Assembly: GCA_043228905.1 (NCBI GenBank)
Contig: JBHGNT010000479.1
Coordinates: forward strand, 1 to 23,378
DNA: 23,378 bases
Reading direction: 5' to 3'
Source of the DNA: Azolla caroliniana
Taxonomy: Eukaryota > Plantae > Polypodiophyta
Shown: positions 1 through 11,300 of the stretch, one piece after another
Layout of the letters: each line of letters begins with the position of its first letter
Position numbering within the stretch: position 1 is the first letter of the stretch
Notes under the pieces: generated by a model
What the model was told of the DNA's origin: nothing
What the model saw: the letters and a program-made list of their open reading frames with translations, nothing else
Databases searched by the model: none
Program-made: the position numbers and the translations under genes

Positions 1-1364
1 TTTGTGTTCGAACATGCGCATCGAAGCTAACAACGCTAGGTATGATATGGAATTAAAAAATCAAGATTTTGAAACTTAGGTCGAGAGACATGACGAAATT
101 AGCAACTTTGAGGAGGGACTTGAGAAGAGCCCGCGAGTCAATTAAAATGGTCATACCTGGCTCTTGTGATATCGGATTTTTGTGTTCAAACATGCGTATT
201 GAAGCTAACAACGCTAGCTATCATATGGATTTAAAAAATCAAGATTTTGAATCTCAGGTCGAGAGACATGAAGAAATTAGCAAAGTTGAGGAGGGACTTG
301 AGAAGAGCCATTGAGTAAATTAAAATGTTCATACCTGGCTCGTGTGATATCGGATTTTTGTGTTCAAACATGCGTATCGAAGCTAACAACGCTAGCTATG
401 ATATGGAATTAAAAAATCAAGATTTTAAAACTCAAGTCGAGAGACATGAAAAAATTAGCAACTTTGATTACGGACTTGAGAAGAGCCCGTGAGTCAATTA
501 AAACAGTCATACCTGGCTCGTGTGATATCGGATTTTTCTGTCCAAACATGCGTATCGAAGCTAACAACGCTAGCTATGATATGGAATTCAAAAATCAAGA
601 TTTTGAAACTCAGGTCGAGAGACATGAAGAAATTAGCAACTTTGAGGAGGGAGTTAAGAAGAGCCCGTGAGTGAATTAAAAAGTTCATACCTGGCTCGTG
701 TGATATCGGATTCTTGTGTTCAAACATGCGCATCGAAGCTAACAACGCTAGCTATGATATGGATGAAAAAAATCAAGATTTTGAAACTCAGGTCGAGAGA
801 CATGAAGAAATTAGCAACTTTGAGGAGGGACTTGAGACGAGACCGTGAGTCAATTAAAATGTTCATACCTGGCTCGTGTGATATCGGATTTTTGTGTTCA
901 AACATGCGTATCGAAGCTAACAACGTTAGCTATGATATCGAATTAAAAAATCAAGATTTTGAAACTTAGGTCGAGAGACATGACGAAATTAGCAAATTTG
1001 AGTAGGGACTTGAGAAGAGCCATTGAGTAAATTAAAATGTTCATACCTGGCTCGTGTGATATCGGATTTTTGTGTTCAAACATGCGTATCGAAGCTAACA
1101 ACGCTAGCTATGATATGGACTTAAAAAATCAAGATTTTGAAACTCAAGTCGAGAAAAATGAAGAAATTAGCAAATTTGAGGAGGGACTTCAGAAGAGCCT
1201 GTGAGTCAATTAGAATGTTCATACCTGGCACGTATAATATTGGATTTTTGTGTTCAAACATGCGTATCGAAGCTAACAACGCTAGCTATGATATGGAATT
1301 TAAAAATCAAGATTTTGAAACTCAGGTCGAGAGACATGAAGAAATTAGCAACTTTGAGGAGGGA
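1..1364 (+). repeat. Long-range duplicated block, copy A (partner at 15002-16364)
   Basis: Near-identical to 15002-16364 at offset 15001, then 15000 after a 1-bp deletion near 15356. ORFs 69/15070, 446/15446 and 667/15667 match. Confidence 0.95.
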
Positions 1365-3712
1365 GTTAAGAAGAGCCCGTCAGTGAATTAAAAGGTTCAT
1401 ACCTGGCTCGTGTGATATCGCATTCTTGTGTTCAAACATGCGCATCGAAGCTAACAACGCTAGCTATGATATGTATTTAAAAAATTAAGATTTTGAAACT
1501 CAGGTCAAGAGACATGAAGAAATTAGCAACTTTGAGGAGGGACTTGAGAAGAGCCCGCGAGTCTATTAAAATGGTCATACCTGGCTCTTGTGATATCGGA
1601 TTTTTGTGTTCAAACATGCGTATCGAAGCTAACAACGCTAGCTAGCTATGATATGGACTTAAAAAATCAAGATTTTGAAACTCAGGTCGAGAGACATGAA
1701 GAAATTAGCAACTTTGAGGAGGGAGTTAAGAAGAGCCCGTGAGTGAATTAAAAAGTTCATACCTGGCTCGTGTGATATCGGATTTTTGTGTTCAAACATG
1801 CGCATCGAAGCTAACAACGCTAGCTATGAATGGAATTAAAAAATCAAGATTTTGAAACTAAGGTCGAGAGACATGAAGAAATTACAACCTTTGAGGAGGG
1901 ACTTGAGAAGAGCACGCGAGTGAATTAAAAAGTTCATACCTGGCTCGTGTGATATCTGATTCTTGTGTTCAAACATGCGCATCGAAGCTAACAACGCTAG
2001 CTATGATATGGAATTAAAAAATCAAGATTTTAAAACTCAAGTCGAGAGACATGAAGAAATTAGCAACTTTGATTACGAACTTGAGAAGAGCCCGTGAGTC
2101 AATTAAAACAGTCATACCTGGCTCGTGTGATATCGGATTTTTCTGTCCAAACATGCGTATCGAAGCTAACAACGCTAGCTATGATATGGAATTCAAAAAT
2201 CAAGATTTTGAAACTCAGGTCGAGAGACATGAAGAAATTAGCAACTTTGAGGAGGGAGTTAAGAAGAGCCCGTGAGTGAATTAAAAAGTTCATACCTGGC
2301 TCGTGTGATATCGGATTCTTGTGTTCAAACATGCGCATCGAAGCTAACAACGCTAGCTATGATATGGATGAAAAAAATCAAGATTTTGAAACTCAGGTCG
2401 AGAGACATGAAGAAATTAGCAACTTTGAGGAGGGACTTGAGACGAGACCGTGAGTCAATTAAAATGTTCATACCTGGCTCGTGTGATATCGGATTTTTGT
2501 GTTCAAACATGCGTATCGAAGCTAACAACGTTAGCTATGATATCGAATTAAAAAATCAAGATTTTGAAACTTAGGTCGAGAGACATGACGAAATTAGCAA
2601 ATTTGAGTAGGGACTTGAGAAGAGCCATTGAGTAAATTAAAATGTTCATACCTGGCTCGTGTGATATCGGATTTTTGTGTTCAAACATGCGTATCGAAGC
2701 TAACAACGCTAGCTATGATATGGACTTAAAAAATCAAGATTTTGAAACTCAAGTCGAGAAAAATGAAGAAATTAGCAAATTTGAGGAGGGACTTCAGAAG
2801 AGCCTGTGAGTCAATTAGAATGTTCATACCTGGCACGTATAATATTGGATTTTTGTGTTCAAACATGCGTATCGAAGTTAACAACGCTAGCTATGATATG
2901 GACTTAAAAAATCAAGATTTTGAAACTCAGGTGGAGAGACATGAAGAAATTAGCCACTTTGAGGAGGGAGTTAAGAAGAGCCCGTCAGTGAATTAAAAGG
3001 TTCATACCTGGCTCGTGTGATATCGCATTCTTGTGTTCAAACATGCGCATCGAAGCTAACAACGCTAGCTATGATATGTATTTAAAAAATTAAGATTTTG
3101 AAACTCAGGTCAAGAGACATGAAGAAATTAGCAACTTTGAGGAGGGACTTGAGAAGAGCCCGCGAGTCTATTAAAATGGTCATACCTGGCTCTTGTGATA
3201 TCGGATTTTTGTGTTCAAACATGCGTATCGAAGCTAACAACGCTAGCTAGCTATGATATGGACTTAAAAAATCAAGATTTTGAAACTCAGGTCGAGAGAC
3301 ATGAAGAAATTAGCAACTTTGAGGAGGGAGTTAAGAAGAGCCCGTGAGTGAATTAAAAAGTTCATACCTGGCTCGTGTGATATCGGATTTTTGTGTTCAA
3401 ACATGCGCATCGAAGCTAACAACGCTAGCTATGAATGGAATTAAAAAATCAAGATTTTGAAACTAAGGTCGAGAGACATGAAGAAATTACAACCTTTGAG
3501 GAGGGACTTGAGAAGAGCACGCGAGTGAATTAAAAAGTTCATACCTGGCTCGTGTGATATCTGATTCTTGTGTTCAAACATGCGCATCGAAGCTAACAAC
3601 GCTAGCTATGATATGGAATTAAAAAATCAAGATTTTAAAACTCAAGTCGAGAGACATGAAGAAATTAGCAACTTTGATTACGAACTTGAGAAGAGCCCGT
3701 GAGTCAATTAAA
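475..3712 (+). repeat. 9-monomer HOR, 1605-bp period, two tandem copies
   Basis: Identical ORFs recur at +1605 (446/2051, 667/2272, 1137/2742). Private variants are shared: 4-bp insertion GCTAGCTAGCTATG (~1637, ~3242), 1-bp deletion TATGAATGG (~1825, ~3430), ATTACAACCTTT. 9x178+4-1=1605. Confidence 0.95.
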
Positions 3713-6700
3713 ATGTTCATACCTGGCTCGTGTGATATCGGATTTTTGTGTCCAAACATGCGTATCGACTCTAACAACACTAGCTATGATACGGAATTAA
3801 AAAATCAAGATTTTGAAACTCAGGTCGAGAGACATGAAGAAATTAGCAACTTTGAGGAGGGAGTTAAGAAGAGCCCGTGAGTTAATTAAAATGTTCATAA
3901 CTGGCTAACAACGCTAGGTATGATATAGAATTAAAAAATCAAGATTTTGAAACTCAGGTCGAGAGACATGAAGAAATTAGCAACGTTGAGGGACTTTAGA
4001 AGAGCACGCGAGTGAATTAAAAAGTTCATACCTGGCTCGTGTGATATCGGATTCTTGTGTTCAAACATGCGCATCGAAGCTAACAACGCTAGCTATGATA
4101 TGGAATTAAAAAATCAAGATTTTGAAACTCAGGTCGAGAGACATGAAGAAATTAGCCACTTTGAGGAGGGACTTGAGACGAGACCGTGAGTCAATTAAAA
4201 TGTTCATACCTGGCTCGTGTGATATCGGATTCTTATGTTCAGACATGTGCATCGTAGCTAACAATGCTAGCTATGATATGGAATTAAAAAATCAAGGTTT
4301 TGAAACTCAGGTCGAGAGACATGAAGAAATTAGCCACTTTGAGGAGGGAGTTAAGAAGAGCCCGTGAGTGAATTAAAAAGTTCATACCTGGCTCGTGTGA
4401 TATCGGATTCTTGTGTTCAAACATGCGCATCGAAGCTAAAACGCTAGCTATGATATGGAATTAAAAAATCAAGATTTTGAAACTTAGGTCGAGAGACATG
4501 AAGAAATTAGCAACTTTGAGGAGGGACTTGAGACGAGACCGTGAGTCAATTAAAAAGTTAATACCTGGTTCGTGTGATATCGGATTCTTCTGTTCAGACA
4601 TGTGCATCGAAGCTAACAACGCTAGCTATGATATGGAATTAAAAAGTCAAGATTTTGAAACTCAGGTCGAGAGACATGAAGAAATTAGCAACTTTGAGGA
4701 GGGAGTTAAGAAGAGCCCGTGAGTGAATTAAAATGGTCATACCTGGCTCTTGTAATATCGGATTTATGTGTTCAAACATGCGCATCGAAACTAACAACGC
4801 TAGCTATGATATCGAATTAAAAAATCAAGATTTTGAAACTCAGGCCGAGAGACATGAAGAAATTAGCAACTTTGAGGAGGGAGTTAAGAAGAGCCCATGA
4901 TGGAATTAAGACGTTAATACCTGGCTCCTGTGATATCGGATTCTTATGTTTAGACATGTGCATCGAAGCTAACAACGCTAGCTATGATATGGAATTCAAA
5001 AATCAAGGTTTTGAAACTCAGGTCGAGAGACATGAAGAAATTAGCAAATTTGAGGAGGGAGTTAAGAAGAGCCCGTGAGTGAATTAAAAAGTTCATACCT
5101 GGCTCGTGTGATGTCAGATTCTTGTGTTCAAACATGCGCATCGAAGCTAACAACGCTAGCTATGATATGGAATTAAAAAATCAAAATTTTGAAACTCAGG
5201 TCGAGAGACATGAAGAAATTAGCAACTTTGAGGAGGGAGTTAAGAAGAGCCTGTGAGTGAATTAAAAAGTTCATACCTGGCTCGGGTGATATCGGATTCT
5301 TGTGTTCAAACATGCGCATCGAAGCTAACAACGCTAGCTATGATATGTATTTAAAAAATCAAGATTTTGAAACTCAGGTCGAGAGACATGAAGAAATTAG
5401 CAACTTTGAGGAGGGACTTGAGACGAGACCGTGAGTCAATTAAAATGTTCATACCTGGCTCGTGTGATATCGGATTTTTGTGTTCGAACATGCGTATCGA
5501 AGCTAACAACGCTAGCTATGATATGGAATTAAAAAATCAAGATTTTAAAACTCAAGTCGAGAGACATGAAGAAATTAGCAACTTTGATTACGGACTTGAG
5601 AAGAGCCCGTGAGTCAATTAAAATGTTCATACCTGGCTCGTGTGATATCGGATTTTTGTGTCCAAACATGCGTATCGACGCTAACAACACTAGCTATGAT
5701 ACGGAATTAAAAAATCAAGATTTTGAAACTCAGGTCGAGAGACATGAAGAAATTAGCAACTTTGAGGAGGGAGTTAAGAAGAGCCCGTGAGTTAATTAAA
5801 ATGTTCATAACTGGCTAACAACGCTAGGTATGATATAGAATTAAAAAATCAAGATTTTGAAACTCAAGTCGAGAGACATGAAGAAATTAGCAACTTTGAG
5901 GAGGGAGTTAAGAAGAGCCCGTGAGTGAATTAAAAAGTTCATACCTGGCTCTTGTGATATCGGATTTTTGTGTTCAAACATGCGTATCGAATTAAATAAT
6001 CAAGATTTTGAAACTCAGGTCGAGAGACATGAAGAAATTAGCAACTTTGAGGAGGGACTTGAGAAGAGCCCGCGAGTCAATTAAAATGGTCATACCTGGC
6101 TCTTGTGATATCGGATTTTTGTGTTCAAACATGCCTATGGAAGCTAACAACGCTAGCTATGATATGGACTTAAAAAATCAAGATTTTGAAACTCAGGTCG
6201 AGAGACATGAAGAAATTAGCAACTTTGATTACGGACTTGAGAAGAGCCCGCGAGTCAATTAAAATTGTCATACCTGGCTCTTGTGATATCGGATTTTTGT
6301 GTTCAAACATGCGTATCGAAGCTAACAACGCTAGCTATGATATGGAATTAAAAAATCAAGGTTTTGAAACTCAGGTCGAGAGACATGAAAAATTAGCAAC
6401 TTTGAGGAGGGAGTTAAGAAGAGCCCGTGAGTCAATTAAAAAGTTCATACCTGGCACGTATGATATCGGATTTTTGTGTTCAAACATGCACATCGAAGCT
6501 AACAACGCTAGCTATGATATGGAATTAAAAAATCAAGATTTTGAAACTCAGGTCGAGAGACACGAAGAAATTAGCAACTTTGAGGAGGGAGTTAAGAAGA
6601 GCCCGCGAGTCAATTAAAATGGTCATACCTGGCTCTTGTGATATCGGATTTTTGTGTTCAAACATGCGCATCTAAGCTAACAACGCTAGCTATGATCTGG

Positions 6701-7363
6701 AATTAAAAAATCAAGATTTTGAAACTCAGGTCGAAAGACATGAAGAAATTAGCAACTTTGAGGAGGTAGTTAAGAAGAGCCCGTGAGTGAATTAAGATGT
6801 TCATAACTGGCTCGTGTGATATCGGATTTTTGTGTTCAAACATGCGTATCGAAGCTAACAACGTTAGCTATGATATGGAATTCAAAAATCAAGGTTTTGA
6901 AACTCAGGTCGAAAGACATGAAGAAATTAGCAACTTTGAGGAGGGAGTTAAGAAGAGCCCGTGAGTGAATTAAAAAGTTCATACCTGGCTCGTGTGATAT
7001 CGGATTGTTGTGTTCAAACATGCGCATCGAAGCTAACAACGCTAGCCATGTTATGGACTTAAAAAATCAAGCTTTGAAACTCAAGTCGAGAGACATGAAA
7101 AAATTAGCAAATTTGAGGAGGGACTTGAAAAGAACCCGTGAGTCAATTAAAATGTTCATACCTGGCACGTATGATATCGGATTTTTGTGTTCAAACATGC
7201 GTATCGAAGCTAACAACGCTAGCTATGATCTGGAATTAAAAAATCAAGATTTTGAAACTCAAGTCGAGAGACATGAAGAAATTAGCAACTTTGAGGAGGG
7301 ACTTGAGAAGAGCCCGTGAGTCAATTAAAACAGTCATACCTGGCTCGTGTGATATCGGATTTT

Positions 7364-7495
7364 CCATATTAATAGACTATATAATGTCTTATACGAGGAG
7401 TGCGGGCACGATACTTCTTTGGCTGTGATTAGTGTTATTTGGTTAACTATTTGAGGATTTAGGGTTTGGGTTTGAAGGTTTCGGGTATATGGGTT
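7364..7495. other. 132-bp non-satellite patch replacing 70 bp of one monomer
   Basis: CCATATTAATAGACTATATAATG...GGGTATATGGGTT does not match the monomer. Flanking GTCGAGAG motifs (7263, 7503) are 240 bp apart instead of 178. Confidence 0.95.
7450..7495 (+). repeat. Degenerate plant-type telomere-like tract (TTTAGGG family)
   Basis: TTTGAGGA TTTAGGG TTTGGG TTTGAAGG TTTCGGG TATATGGG TT. One perfect TTTAGGG at 7458-7464 plus five degenerate units. Confidence 0.6.
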
Positions 7496-8399
7496 AACTC
7501 AGGTCGAGAGACATGAAGAAATTAGCAACTTTGAAAAGGGACTTGAGAAGAGCACGCGAGTGAATTAAAATGTTCATACCTGGCTCGTGTGATATCGGAT
7601 TTTTGTGTCCAAACATGCGTATCGAAGCTAACAACGCTAGCTATGATATGGAATTCAAAAATCAAGGTTTTGATACTCAGGTCGAAGGACATGAAGAAAT
7701 TAGCAACTTTGAGGAGGGAGTTAAGAAGAGCCCGTGAGTGAATTAAGAACTTCATACCTGTCTCGTGTGATATCGAAGCTAACAACGGTAGCTATGATAT
7801 GTAATTCAAAAATCAAGAATTTGAAACGCTAATAACGCTAGATATAAAGCAGCTAAATAATCAAGATTTTGAAACTCAAGTCGAGAGACATGACGAAATT
7901 AGCAACTTTGAGGAGGGACTTGAGAAGAGCCCGCGAGTCAATTAAAATGGTCATACCTGGCTCTTGTGATATCGGATTTTTGTGTTCAAACATGCGTATC
8001 GAAACTAACAACGCTAGCTATCATATGGAATTCAAAAATCAAGGTTTTGAAACTCAGGTCGAAAGACATGAAGAAATTAGCAACTTTGAGGAGGGAGTTA
8101 AGAAGAGCCCGTGAGTGAATTAAAAAGTTCATACCTGGCTCGTGTGATATCGGATTGTTGTGTTCAAACATGTGCATCGAAGCTAACAACGCTAGCCATG
8201 TTATGGACTTAAAAAATCAAGCTTTGAAACTCAAGTCGAGAGACATGAAAAAATTAGCAAATTTGAGGAGGGACTTGAAAAGAACCCGTGAGTCAATTAA
8301 AATGTTCATACCTGGCTCGTATGATATCGGATTTTTGTGTTCAAACATGCGTATCGAAGCTAACAACGCTAGCTATGATCTGGAATTAAAAAATCAAGA

Positions 8400-11300
8400 T
8401 TTTGAAACTCAGGTCGAGAGACATGAAGAAATTAGCAACTTTGAGGAGGGACTTGAGAAGAGCACGCGAGTGAATTAAACAGTTCATACCTGGCTCGTGT
8501 GATATCTGATTCTTGTGTTCAAACATGCGCATCGAAGCTAACAACGCTAGCTATGATATGGAATTAAAAAATCAAGATTTTAAAACTGAAGTCGAGAGAC
8601 ATGAAGAAATTAGCAACTTTGATTACGGACTTGAGAAGAGCCCGTGAGTCAATTAAAATGTTCATACCTGGCTCGTGTGATATCGGATTTTTGTGTCCAA
8701 ACATGCGTATCGACGCTAACAACACTAGCTATGATACGGAATTAAAAAATCAAGATTTTGAAACTCAGGTCGAGAGACATGAAGAAATTAGCAACTTTGA
8801 GGAGGGAGTTAAGAAGAGCCCGTGAGTTAATTAAAATGTTCATAACTGGCTAACAACGCTAGGTATGATATAGAATTAAAAAATCAAGATTTTGAAACTC
8901 AGGTCGAGAGACATGAAGAAATTAGCAACTTTGAGGGACTTGAGAAGAGCACGCGAGTGAATTAAAAAGTTCATACCTGGCTCGTGTGATATCGGATTCT
9001 TGTGTTCAAACATGCGCATCGAAGCTAACAACGCTAGCTATTATATGGAATTAAAAAATCAAGATTTTGAAACTTAGGTCGAGAGACATGACGAAATTAG
9101 CAACTTTGAGGAGGGAGTTAAGAAGAGCCCGTGAGTGAATTAAAAAGTTCATACCTGGCTCGTGTGATATCGGATTCTTGTGTTCAAACATGCGCATCGA
9201 AGCTAACAACGTTAGCTATGATATGGAACTCAAAAATCCAGATTTTGAAACTCAGGTCGAGAGACATGAAGAAATTAGCAACTTTGAGGAGGCAGTTAAG
9301 AAGAGCCCGCGAGTCAATTAAAATGCTCATACCTGGCGCTTGTGATATCGGATTTTTGTGTTCAAACATGCGCATCAAAGCTAACAACGCTAGCTATGAT
9401 ATGGAATTAAAAAATCAAGATTTTGAAACTCAGGTCGAGAGACATGAAGAAATTAGCAACTTTGAGGAGGGAGTTAAGAAGAGCCCGTGATGGAATTAAA
9501 AAGCTAATACCTGGCTCGTGTGATATCGGATTCTTATGTTCAGACATGCGCATCGAAGCTAACAACGCTAGCTATGATATGGAATTCAAAAATCAAGATT
9601 TTGAAACTTAGGTCGAGAGACATGAAGATATTAGCAACTTTGAGGAGGGAGTTAAGAAGAGCCCGTGAGTTAATTAAAATGTTCATAACTGGCTAACGCT
9701 AGGTATGATATAGTATTAAAAAATCAAGATTTTGAAACTCAGGTCGAGAGACATGAAGAAATTAGCAACTTTGAGGGACTTGAGAAGAGCACGCGAGTGA
9801 ATTAAAAAGTTCATACCTTGCTCGTGTGATATCGGATTCTTGTGTTCAAACATGCGCATCGAAGCTAACAACGCTAGCTATGATATGGAATTAAAAAATC
9901 AAGATTTTGAAACTTAGGTCGAGAGACATGACGAAATTAGCAACTTTGAGGAGGGAGTTAAGAAGAGCCCGTGATGGAATTAAAAAGTTAATACCTTGCT
10001 CTTGTGATATCGGATTTTTGTGTTTTCAAACATGCGCATCTAAGCTAACAATGCTAGCTATGATATGGAATTCAAAAATCAAGATTTTGAAACTCAGGTC
10101 GAGAGACATGAAGAAATTAGCAACTTTGAGGAGGGAGTTAAGAAGAGCCCGTGAGTGAATTAAAAAGTTCATACCTGGCTCTTGTGATATCGGATTTTTG
10201 TGTTCAAACATGCGCATCGAAGCTAACAACGCTAGCTATGATATGGAATTAAAAAATCAAGATTTTGAAACTAAGGTCGAGAGACATGAAGAAATTAGCA
10301 ACTTTGAGGAGGGACTTGAGAAGAGCACGCGAGTGAATTAAACAGTTCATACCTGGCTCGTGTGATATCTGATTCTTGTGTTCAAACATGCGCATCGAAG
10401 CTAACAACGCTAGCTATGATATGGAATTAAAAAATCAAGATTTTAAAACTCAAGTCGAGAGACATGAAGAAATTAGCAACTTTGATTACGGACTTGAGAA
10501 GAGCCCGTGAGTCAATTAAAATGTTCATACCTGGCTCGTGTGATATCGGATTTTTGTGTCCAAACATGCGTATCGACGCTAACAACACTAGCTATGATAC
10601 GGAATTAAAAAATCAAGATTTTGAAACTCAGGTCGAGAGACATGAAGAAATTAGCAACTTTGAGGAGGGAGTTAAGAAGAGCCCGTGAGTTAATTAAAAT
10701 GTTCATAACTGGCTAACAACGCTAGGTATGATATAGAATTAAAAAATCAAGATTTTGAAACTCAGGTCGGTAGACATGAAGAAATTAGCAACTTTGAGGG
10801 ACTTGAGAAGAGCACGCGAGTGAATTAAAAAGTTCATACCTGGCTCGTGTGATATCGGATTCTTGTGTTCAAACATGCGCATCGAAGCTAACAACGCTAG
10901 CTATTATATGGAATTAAAAAATCAAGATTTTGAAACTTAGGTCGAGAGACATGACGAAATTAGCAACTTTGAGGAGGGAGTTAAGAAGAGCCCGTGAGTG
11001 AATTAAAAAGTTCATACCTGGCTCGTGTGATATCGGATTCTTGTGTTCAAACATGCGCATCGAAGCTAACAACGTTAGCTATGATATGGAACTCAAAAAT
11101 CCAGATTTTGAAACTCAGGTCGAGAGACATGAAGAAATTAGCAACTTTGAGGAGGCAGTTAAGAAGAGCCCGCGAGTCAATTAAAATGGTCATACCTGGC
11201 TCTTGTGATATCGGATTTTTGTGTTCAAACATGCGCATCAAAGCTAACAACGCTAGCTATGATATGGAATTAAAAAATCAAGATTTTGAAACTCAGGTCG

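Larger units (their letters stand above)
6880..8460 (+). repeat. Direct duplication (~6880-7310 and ~8030-8460, offset 1150) flanking the disrupted zone
   Basis: ORFs 6836/7986 and 7005/8155 are offset by 1150. Shared rare variants: GGATTGTTG, GCTAGCCATGTTATGG, CAAGCTTTG (AAGCTT at 7069 and 8219), TTGAAAAGAACCC. Confidence 0.9.

Noticed and set aside
7458-7493. Canonical G-quadruplex or functional telomere
   Set aside because: Four GGG runs are present but one loop is 12 nt, there is only one perfect TTTAGGG, and the tract is internal.
7364-7495. MITE, Helitron or solo-LTR insertion
   Set aside because: No terminal inverted repeats, TG...CA ends, CTRR end or target-site duplication, and 70 bp of target is deleted. 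The small hairpins (AGAC...GTCT, GTGCGGGCAC) are too short to be meaningful.
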